Positions 55,057 to 64,000 of a stretch of 64,000 nt of DNA are shown one piece after another; position 1 is the first letter of the stretch; each line of letters begins with the position of its first letter. Made by a program: the position numbers and the translations under genes. The stretch is from Penicillus capitatus (taxonomy: Eukaryota > Plantae > Chlorophyta), in NCBI GenBank assembly GCA_965649825.1, contig OZ287702.1:734786-798785 (forward strand), in the 5' to 3' direction. Under the pieces are notes generated by a model. The model did no database searches and had not been told where the DNA came from. It was given only the letters and a program-made list of their open reading frames with translations.

Positions 55057-58000
55057 ATGGGAGACGGTTCTCTCTCCGGGGCGGAGCGTTGCGAAAGACT
55101 AAAAGAAACGCGGAACGTGCTTGGATTTGACAAGACGGTAAAACAGATTGAACACATCTGCGAGTGCTGACACGGTGGGCGTTTCTCAGTATGTTCGTTC
55201 TGTGGCTTTCGAAGAAGGCGCATTCGCCGAAATGGGCGTGGAAAAGCCGTTCACGAAGAGTGTAAATGGAGACAGCGCCTATCCAGCGTCAAAGGTGATG
55301 AATACTTTACAAGGGACTCACATTTCAACATCGCGTACGACAGGTGTGGGATCCTCTGAGTGTCACCAGTCCATTGCAGTCCTACATTTCACGTCGTAAT
55401 AGCCGTGGGCAGGCTGCAGATGTCTTCGCCAAAGGATACGACCGCAAACGAGTCGTACTTCCGAAACCTCGTGTGCAGATGGCTGCCATCCCTAAAAGCT
55501 GGTACTCGGTCAACAGGAGTTCATCACCATTCCATCCAGCAGACGCTCCCTTGTCTCCAACTATTCTATCCGCATGCAATAAGGTATTTTGCGTTTGCCG
55601 TGTTTCGGATTTTAGCTCTCTTCTCAGGGTAACTTGGTTGAAATCTGCGAGGTCGACATAGAGGGACACGGCCTCGTGAAGATCTTTCAAGTCGGAGAGA
55701 GGTCTGCAGGGAAGATTGTGGAGCGAACGGGATTGTTCACGAGGACGTCGACTGTTCCACTCTACTGCGAGGGTCTGCGCGACCCAGAAGAAGAGATGAG
55801 AAGCCTAATGTACCTGTCACCAAGTGCTCTGCGTCGCCGTGTCCACATCCTGTCCGATCGATCTCGCGGCGTCGAGAGATTCGTCTTTGTGGGAAAGCTA
55901 GGGCTTTGGGGCGGCGGGAACGGAGAAGCCTCGTCCAGCAGCAATGCTCATGGACACCAGACCACTGTCGAAGGGGGTACTTCTCTCTGGGCGACAAGAA
56001 GGGCTTTGACTCGCATGGACAGCTCGATCATCCGAAGGACTCTTATCGGAAGAGGATACTGCAGTCTCGAAGAAGTAGTGAAGGCGTTCAACCAAGAGGA
56101 CGATGCCGAACTGAGACTTGGGTTGGCGGAAGTAATGCGGAGAGTCCTCTACGCCTTCAACGACATGCCTGTGCGAGCCGTGACAGACAATCGTGGTGCA
56201 GTGGTCCGAGAGTACCTTGCCATGTGCAGACTCGACAGCTCGGGCGACGACCATCTGCTTCTTCTTAAGGACTTCTTCGACAGCCTTCGCGACAAGCTGT
56301 GCAACGACGCGCTCAACAACAGATATCTGATCGAGGCAGTGGAGCACGCGCTTCAGAGTATCGACGCCGAGGTCTTCGCAGACGATCCAAACTGTCTTCT
56401 CCAGCTGGCTCAGTTTCTGTTAGATGCCTTCGATCCGCAGAGAATGAGCTTCTCGAAGGAGATGTTCCCAGTGCAGTGCAGTGCTCTGCACGTTGTGCAT
56501 CAGTGTCTGAGAATCCTCTTTGACATCGGCTCGGGCAGCTGGGATCCGAACAGACCCGGCGGGTTGTACGCCAAGTTCAAGAACTGGAGTCAGAGAGTGA
56601 TCGACGCTGCGGGGTACTATCCGGTAAAGTACCAGGCGATGCTGGTGCAGCAGAGCTTAACCTTCTTGCAGTCGTCGAAACGAAGCGTCCGCATCACAAA
56701 CAATGCAAGACGAATTGCCAACCTCGTGTACGGCACGGTGGGAATATGTCAAGCGGTGCGAAATGCCGTCCTTCTGGACTTCGATCTGGGGAATGCGGAG
56801 TCTACGGCGAGTGCACTGGCCCGAGCGAGAGAGAACCGAATCGTTCGCGAAGAGCAGTGGTACAAGTGCCTCTACGCCCTTGACGCTGTGCGCTTCGCGG
56901 CCATTGAAGATCCGTCCGCATTTGGACAATTCAAGGATCTCCTCTCATCCCTCGTACTCGAGGGAGAAGTATCTAACCAAGAACGATGCAAGGTTCTGAG
57001 GTTCGGCGTTGTGGAGATGTTGACCAGCCTCGCCATCCATGGGAAGGACGACGCTGTTCGCTGTATGAGCGCCGAGACTCTGGCAGGCCTCGTCGAACGA
57101 ACAGACAAGTGGGACTGGTTGAGCGACCTCGATCTCTTCTTGGAAATGCTCGACAATCTAACAGAGCTCATCGCCCGAGGCCGCGAGCCAGAGCAGCACA
57201 AGGCGCATGAAGCAATAGAGAAGCTGGCGTCGAATGCGCACAACGGGTATTGTGAGGGAGTGCTGTCAGAGTGGTTGGGAGGAAAAACGATCAAGGAACG
57301 GATCCAGTCAGTCCCGTCCCTCCAGACGGAGGCAATTGGCAACAGGCTGTTTACTCAAGTGTGGAATAGTCTCAAATACGAATTATTGCATGTATCAACC
57401 GAAGTTCATTCTCTGCTGAAGAAGCATCACTGTTTATTCGCACCACTCGTGGTTCGCCATTTCGCCGGGAGGCGGCGCGAATACAGCGAACTCATTGAAG
57501 CATTCGAATCGAGCGTGGAAAGAGTTATCGTCAAGGCAGTTGTTGGCCCGGGCGGCATAGGAAAGTCTCAGCTCGCTGCAAAAGTGTTCGAACATCTCAG
57601 GAGCACGGGGAGCTACGTCAACGATTTCTGGATCCCTTCAGACTCAGCGGAGGCCATCTCGGTTGCTTTCTTGCAAATCGCAGAATACTTGGAACTGCCG
57701 ACGAACACCGAGATCCCGAAACTGGTCAGACGTATCCACGAAGAGTTGAGGAAATCGCGCAATCTCTTCGTCTTTGACGATGCGCCAGATCTCGAATCGA
57801 TTTGCGATTATTTTCCTCTCACAAATGGACATGTTATCGTTACGACGAGAGACAGTGGAGCAAGAGACTGGTCAGATGACACGATTCGACTCGATCCATT
57901 CAACAAACTCGAAGCACGAGATCTGGCAGAGAAGTTTGGATTCGGCGATCAATCGCACGCGAAGGATTTGGAGGAGCTGTTCGATGCGTTACCGCAATAC

Positions 58001-60454
58001 CCGCTAGCCCTCATGCAGTTCCTCTCGATGTTAGAGAACGATGAGTTGTCAAGCCCTGCCGAATGGCTAACTAAATTGCGACAATTCGACGCCTCGAAAA
58101 AAGAAGCCGAAGTCATAAAAAAGCTTTCTGCAAGGGAAGATAGTAACGGAGTAAGAGGAATAGTTTTCGTGTTCAATTCGAGCATACACAGAATATCAAA
58201 AGAGCCTGGCAATCTGGGATCGCGTTCACTCGACCTTCTCGCCAAGTTAGCACTCCTCGACCCAAACGGAGTGCCCATCGAGTGGGTGTACAAGTGGATC
58301 GGATCTGAGGATCTGCAACAGTCAAGAATGACGATGCGAAAATCAGTAAGGCTCCTCGAGCGCTTCTCCCATGTCTCGTGGGATAGAGAAAAAAAGCAGA
58401 TCTTCATTCACAGCGAGACACAACTTTTAGCGCGACACATCCTGCTGAGCTTCGGAGAGAGTATTTGTGACACGAAGGAAGCAAGCGAAGAACAGATAAA
58501 CAGAAAAGTCGCGGATCACATTGAGATCATAGTGCATTCAATCCGCCATTACATTGAAAACTGGAGAACTGATCGTTCGAACAGAGATCTTTGGACCTCA
58601 CTTGCCCAAAACCTATCGTCGCTCAAGAAGAAGTCCGAGAATTACATGGATATCAATCAGCAGTTTAAGCTTTTCGGGCATATGTCAAGAGCGTACGAGG
58701 GAATGTGCATGTTCCGTAAATCGCTTTCATACGCTCAGAAAGCGTTAGAAATTTGCGAACATTTTCACGGAGACGCGGACCACCTGGAACTTGTTGAGTG
58801 CATTAAGAGCTACGCCGTCGGACTTTCGAGAACAGGAAGAGACAATGATGCCCTGCCGCTCTTTAAGAGGTCTCTCGAGATGTGTGAGCGCCTTCACGGG
58901 GATGGGGACAGCCCGGAACTCGTCCATTACATCAAGAGCTACGCCGCCGGACTCGAGCGAACGGGGAGAGTCAACGACGCGCTGCCGCTTTACAAAAAAG
59001 CTCTCGAGATGTGCGAGGACCTTCACGGCGATGCGGATCATCCGGAACTTGTCGAGTGCATAAACCGTTATGCCGTCGGACTCGGGCGAGCAGGGAAGGA
59101 CGACAAATCTCTGCCGCTCCGCAAGAAAGCTCTCGAAATGTGCAAGCGCCTTCACGGCGACGCGGACCACCCGAAATTTGTCGAGTGCATCAAGAGCTAC
59201 GCCGTCGGACTTTCGAGAACGGGAAAGGACAACGAAGCTCTGTCGCTCCTTAAGAGAGCTCTCGAAATGTGCGAGCGCCTTCACGGCGACGCGGACCACC
59301 CGAAACTCGTTGAGTGCATCAGAAGCTACGCCGTCGGACTTTCGAGAACGGGAAAGGACAACGAAGCTCTGCCGCTCCGCAAGAAAGCTCTCGAGATGTG
59401 CGAGCGCCTCCACGGTGCCGGGGACCACCCGGAACTCGTCGAGTGCATCAAGAGCTACGCCGTCGGACTTTCGAGAACGGGAAAGGACAACGAAGCTTTA
59501 TCGCGCATTAAGAGGGCTCTCGAGATGTGCGAGCGCCTTCAGAGCGACGTAGACCACCCGAAACTCGTCGAGTGCATAAACCGCTACGCCATCGGTCTTT
59601 CGAGAACGGGAAAGGACAACGAAGCATTGCCGCTTTATAAGAAAGCTCTCGAGATGTGCGAGCGCCTTCACGGCGACGCGGACCACCCGGAACTCGTCGA
59701 GTGCATAAACAGATACGCCGTCGGTCTCGAGCAAACGGGAAGGGATAATGAAGGTTTGCCGTTCTGCAAGAAAGCTCTCGAGATGTGCGAACGCCTTTAC
59801 GGCGACGCGAACCACCCGGAACTCGTCGAGTGCATAAACCGCTACGCCGTCGGTCTTTCGAGAACGGGAAAGGACAACGAAGCATTGCCGCTTTACAAGA
59901 AAGCTCTCGAGATGTGCGATCGCATTCACGGCGACGCGGACCACCCGGAACTTGTCGAATGCATAAACAGATACGCCGTCGGACTTTCGCGAACGGGAAA
60001 GGACAATGATGCCCTACCGCTCTTTAAGAGCGCTCTCGAGATGTGCGAGCGCCTTCATGGCGACGCGGATCACCCGAAACTTGTCGAATGCATGAACCGC
60101 TACACCATCGGACTTAGGCGAACGGGAAGGGACAACGAAGCTTTGCCGTTCTACAAGAAAGCTCTCGAGATGTGCGAACGCCTTTACGGTGATGCGGACC
60201 ACTCAGAAGTCCTCAAATGCATAAACCGCTACGCAGTCGGACTTTCCAAAGCGAAAAGATACAAGGAAGTTCTGCCACTTTACAAGAGGGCTCTCGAGAT
60301 GTGCGAGCGCATTCATCGCCACGCAGACCACCCTGACCTCATCCAATGCATCAAGACCTACGCCATTGGACTCTTAAAAGCGGGAAAGTTTATTAAGGCG
60401 TGCTCTTATTGGAGAAGAGAAAGAGCTATGCGTAAACGACTTAATAACAGATAA
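55057..60454 (+). CDS. NLR-like STAND protein: uncharacterised N-terminus + ARM-like domain + NB-ARC + TPR repeats (exons 55057-55137, 55190-55294, 55344-55583, 55628-60454)
   Basis: P-loop GPGGIGKS (57545-57568), Walker B LFVFDDA, sensor-1 VIVTTRD, GLPLA-like QYPLAL, WH-like LALLDPNGVP, then 13 x 43-aa TPRs. Three phase-0 GT-AG introns (52, 49, 44 nt) join an ATG at 55057 to the 4.8-kb terminal exon. Confidence 0.88.
58778..60454 (+). repeat. Coding tandem repeat: 13 units of 129 bp (43-aa TPR, consensus DHPELVECINRYAVGLSRTGKDNEALPLYKKALEMCERLHGDA)
   Basis: Unit starts are 129 bp apart (58778, 58907, ...). DNA identity between units is high, and the last unit is a degenerate cap. Confidence 0.95.
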
Positions 60455-61269
60455 GAACTGAATACGTTTCTGGTTGATTGCCTTTTGTTCTCTCTCTTAA
60501 GTTGTTTTCGTTAGCTTTCATGAGTAACGCCGTGTCTGCGTTAAGATGCGCATGTTGCCTAAATGGCCACAATCGAGTTCTATCTGTATGTCACACCTTT
60601 TGCAAGTATTGATTACGTGTTTTATACGGATAGCTAACCGCCCTCTAACGTTGTGTAATCGTATCGTCCGTTACTAGTAATTGCCCGTTGATGAACTTGG
60701 TTTTCCTAGGTTAAACTGAAGAAAAGTAAAGTGCCTTGCAGTTTATCTCCGACGTCACTGTCGTGGTTACCCGCTGTCTCGCAGCTGACCAAGAGGAGGC
60801 GGAGACCGACGTGCATGTATTCGATGCGACATGTTCATTCGTTCCCTCTCCATAGATTCCGAATCACAGGAGTTGATAGTCCTTTAATCAACAAACCTTC
60901 GTCATCGTTCACGTTTGCGCGCGTTTGTGCCGCAAGTTGGCGACACGACGAAAGCAATAATGATGAATTGATAAGACGCGTCAAAAGAGACAATGTAGAT
61001 AACCGGAGGATTGCAAAGGTTGTCAATTCAACAAAACGTTCATATACCAAGGTCATGATGCGTCTCTGAAGCTAGCTGTGAAGAGTCTAGTCCCCAAATA
61101 CTCTTTTTAGAATGCTTGCGTGTGTTCTTAATTCGCCGACTGCGCATGGTACATGTTGATTCAGACGCTATGTAAATGAGAAAGTTAATTGTATATATGC
61201 AGGTGACCTAGACTAACAGCGAAGGTTAAACAGTTGATCTTTGTTTTTGACCAGTTCGCACGTGCTCAG

Positions 61270-61428
61270 TGTCGTGTGCGCGCGGCGCGCTGCGCCGGGC
61301 GCCGTCGGCGCGCATGCGGATGCGAGGCGGAGGCAGAGAAACGGCGGGCGAACGCGGATTAATGATGATTGTTCGATGTCTTCGATTCTGCAGACTAGTC
61401 TCTGATTTGCCGTCGTTTCAGTCCATCA
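61270..61428 (-). repeat. LTR copy A (159 bp, TGATGG...ACGACA)
   Basis: Starts immediately after the PPT (61429-61437) and ends in CA at 61270, where similarity to flanking DNA stops. Confidence 0.75.
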
Positions 61429-61449
61429 CTCTTCCCTGCGCAACTTCAC

Positions 61450-61920
61450 CGTCGTCGAGTAGATGCGAATTCTGCTTGAGTAACAAGACCCTTCAGCTGT
61501 CTTCTTCACCGATCGCTGATCGTCTGAATACTGCGTTCAATTAGGCCATTGGATTGTGGACTATAAACCCCAGACGTGAGGTGTGACATGTCCTGTTCTT
61601 CACACCATGTCGATACGCCAGTCCACAAAACACCTGCGCATTATCTGCATAGATCAATCGTAGAGGAGACTCGGCTGTCGTATTGTCTCGAATCCATGCA
61701 CTAACCGGCAGAATTGATCGAACTCTTCCGCATCTTGAGCATCAGTTACCCATTGCCACTCGTCAGATGGCTGAGATTCTGATGTACACCAATGCACGCA
61801 ATGCGCTTTCTCGATCACCGTGCGACTTTTTGTTGTCAGATGATCGAGACGTAGCGCGTCCGCTGCGTCTTCGTATCCCAGAAGTTTGCGATCTTCGATT
61901 GAGTGACAGTATACGAGCAT
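61450..61920 (-). pseudogene. Decayed retroviral-type (rve, DDE) integrase fragment, unit 1
   Basis: RLIYADNAQVF (second Asp motif), frameshift, TWCEEQDMSHLTSGVYSPQSNGLIERSIQT (YxPQSNG..ER with catalytic Glu), then an in-frame stop. Confidence 0.75.
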
Positions 61921-62591
61921 GGCAGATAGTTCGCTCTGCGAAACGAATCCAGATTTGCGTCACGATCGCTTGCAGATGGCCCGCCTATTGGCAGGTCATC
62001 GGCACACTGAATGTGTTACTGCTTAGGACACGAGTGTTCCAGAGCCGATGCTACTGCAGTCGGCGTCGTCTCCGCGCAATTGACGTTTCCCGTAGCTGCC
62101 TTCCTCGACTTCCGGCCATCCGTACTCCCAGTCGGCATATCTGATCCGTCAGTCGATGCGTCTCGGTCGGCGTTTGCGCGGACGAAAACGACATCCACTG
62201 CCGATTGTTCCGAAACAACTGCACGACTGACTGGCGACCGAACTTCGCCGAAATCGACCCCATGTTTCCAGATTTACGCCGCAGCACCACATGCCGCTGT
62301 GAGACTGACCACCGCAACTTCACGAAGGCTGTGAGCGACGACGCAGTCGCATCGACGAAACCCTCGGCGAAGCTGAGATGCGGTCAGCGGAGTCAACCAC
62401 CGCAGACAAAGGCATCGTCACATACCATCCGTACTTGTGCCGGTCCAGGGACCTCAACTGGAGGCATCTGAGGCGCGGACACGGACGACACAGAGTCGGA
62501 TGTGTTTGTAATGTTTGTCCGTGCGGTCGGTGGCTAGTCTGCACGGAACGGCTTCGCTTTCCACCAGCAGCAGTAGAAGAACGCCTACGAC

Positions 62592-62603
62592 GCTCCGAAA
62601 CCA
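62592..62603 (-). promoter_or_regulatory. Primer-binding site-like TGGTTTCGGAGC (tRNA-iMet-like); second copy 63911-63922
   Basis: Lies 3 nt after the LTR CA end, begins with TGG, and matches the plant/algal iMet PBS TGGTATCAGAGC at 10/12 positions. Confidence 0.6.
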
Positions 62604-62606
62604 GAC

Positions 62607-62751
62607 TGTCGCGTGCGCCGGGCGCCGTCGGCGCGCATGCGGATGCGAGGCGGAGGCAGAGAAACGGCGGGCGAACGCGGATTAATGATGATTGTTCGAT
62701 GTCTTCGATTCTGCAGACTAGTCTCTGACTTGCCGTCGTTTCAGTCCATCA
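62607..62751 (-). repeat. LTR copy B (145 bp, shared between adjacent units)
   Basis: Near-identical to copy A except for a ~14-bp deletion in the GC-rich end. PPT at 62752-62760 on one side and PBS at 62592-62603 on the other. Confidence 0.75.
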
Positions 62752-62768
62752 CTCTTCCCTGCGCAACT

Positions 62769-63240
62769 TCACCGTCGTCGAGCAGATGCAAATTCTGCCT
62801 GAGTAACAAGACCCTTCAGCTGTCTTCTTCTCCGATCGCTGATCGTCTGAATACTGCGCTTCACCAGACCGTCGGATTGCGGATGATATACCCTATGACG
62901 TGAGGTGCGACACGGGCTGTCGCACCATGTCGATACGGCAGATCCACAAAACACCTGCGCATTATCTGCATAGATCAATCGTAGAGGAGACTCGTCTGTC
63001 GTATTGTCTCGAATCCATGCACTGACCGGCAGAATTGCTCGAACTCTTCCGCATCTTGAGCATCAGTTACCCATCGCCACTCGTCAGATGGCTGAGATTC
63101 TGATGTACACCAATGCACGCAATGCGCTTTCTCGATCACCATGCGACCTTCTGTTGTCAGATGATCGAGACGTAGCGCGTCCGCTGCGTCTTCGTATCCC
63201 AGAAGTTGCGGTCTTCGATTGAGTGACAGTATACGAGCAT
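62769..63240 (-). pseudogene. Decayed rve integrase fragment, unit 2
   Basis: IYADNAQVFCGSAVSTWC...YHPQSDGLVKRSIQT. The catalytic Glu is replaced by Lys and there is a small deletion relative to unit 1. Confidence 0.75.
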
Positions 63241-63925
63241 GGCAGATAGTTCGCTCTGCAAAACGAATCCAGATTTGCGTCACGATCGCTTGCAGATGGC
63301 CCGCCTATTGGCAGGTCATCGGCATACTGAATGTGTTACTGCTTAGGACACGAGTGTTCCAGAGCCGATGCTACTGCAGTCGGCGTCGTCTCCGCGCAAT
63401 TGACGTTTCCCGTAGCTGCCTTCCTCGACTTCCGGCTATCCGTACTCCCAGTCGGCATATCTGATCCGTCAGTCGATGCGTCTCGGTCGGCGTTTGCGCG
63501 GACGAAAACGACATCCACTGCCGATTGTTCCGAAACAACTGCACGACTGGCTGGCGACCGAACTTCGCCGAAATCGATCCCATGTTTCCAGATTTACGCC
63601 GCAGCACCACATGCCGCTGTGAGACTGACCACCGCAACTTCACGAAGGCTGTGAGCGACGACGCAGTCGCATCGACGAAACCCTCGGCGAAGCTGAGATG
63701 CGTCAGCGGAGTCAACCACCGCAGACAAAGGCATCGTCACATACCATCCGTACTTGTGCCGGTCCAGGGACCTCAACTGGAGGCATCTGAGGCGCGGACA
63801 CGGACGACACAGAGTCGGATGTGTTTGTGATGTTTGTCCGTGCGGTCGGTGGCTAGTCTGCACGGAACGGCTTCGCTTTCCACCAGCAGCAGTAGAAGAA
63901 CGCCTACGACGCTCCGAAACCAGAC

Positions 63926-64000
63926 TGTCGCGTGCGCCGGGCGCCGTCGGCGCGCATGCGGATGCGAGGCGGAGGCAGAGAAACGGCGGGCGAACGCGGA
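63926..64000 (-). repeat. LTR copy C (partial, runs off window)
   Basis: Same sequence as the copy B end, followed on the minus strand by the PBS at 63911-63922. Confidence 0.7.

Larger units (their letters stand above)
61270..64000 (-). mobile_element. Tandem array of ~1.32-kb non-autonomous LTR retroelements sharing LTRs (LTR-internal-LTR-internal-LTR...), truncated by window end
   Basis: Units recur at 61270/62607/63926. On the minus strand each shows TG...CA LTR, 3 nt, PBS-like TGGTTTCGGAGC, internal region with integrase remnant, PPT AGGGAAGAG, then the next LTR. Confidence 0.82.

Noticed and set aside
58745-60202. Long repetitive antisense and alternative-frame ORFs over the TPR array
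   Set aside because: They are shadows of the 129-bp coding repeat, with no independent coding signal.
58778-60454. Regularly spaced near-identical repeats as a possible CRISPR array
   Set aside because: The units are contiguous 129-bp in-frame codon repeats with no unique spacers, no cas genes are present, and the context is eukaryotic.
55628-60454. NLR as bacterial contamination in the assembly
   Set aside because: It is joined in frame to upstream exons by three host-style ~50-nt GT-AG introns and is contiguous with algal genes. HGT remains possible, but contamination is unlikely.
61683-63830. Plus-strand ORFs repeated in each unit (e.g. 61683-62144, 62011-62334)
   Set aside because: They have no recognisable motifs, break differently between units, and are antisense to the integrase relic.
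61270-64000. 1.32-kb tandem unit as a possible 5S rDNA, snRNA or spliced-leader array
   Set aside because: I found no 5S, U1/U2/U5/U6 or SL signature, and the LTR/PBS/PPT/integrase features explain the unit.

Overview
This is eukaryotic nuclear DNA from a very compact, intron-rich genome, most likely a chlorophyte green alga with a flagellated stage. The introns I checked are GT-AG and about 44-56 nt, the genetic code is standard, and the window carries plastid-type HSP90C, PPD7 and TraB plus the flagellar genes LC4 and ATAT1. From 1 to about 54 kb there are ~25 tightly packed genes, many in divergent or convergent pairs. They include KEA, dynein LC4, a large ZNFX1 helicase/E3-like gene, PPD7, LAG1, GAE, a patatin, a TFIIIC WD40 protein, MED11, TraB, a bZIP, DCP2, ATAT1, IF1, MATH/TRAF, SNF2, HSP90C, GluRS, SCAMP, clathrin heavy chain, FAM32A and a P2X receptor with an EF-hand. 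After about 54 kb the window becomes accessory. It holds an NLR-like gene (unknown N-terminus, ARM-like domain, NB-ARC, 13 x 43-aa TPR repeats with position-specific variation) and then a head-to-tail array of ~1.32-kb non-autonomous LTR elements that share LTRs and keep a PBS, a PPT and a decayed integrase. I saw no rRNA, tRNA or CRISPR. Family assignments come from motif recognition from memory, not database searches, and gene ends in spliced genes are approximate unless stated otherwise.
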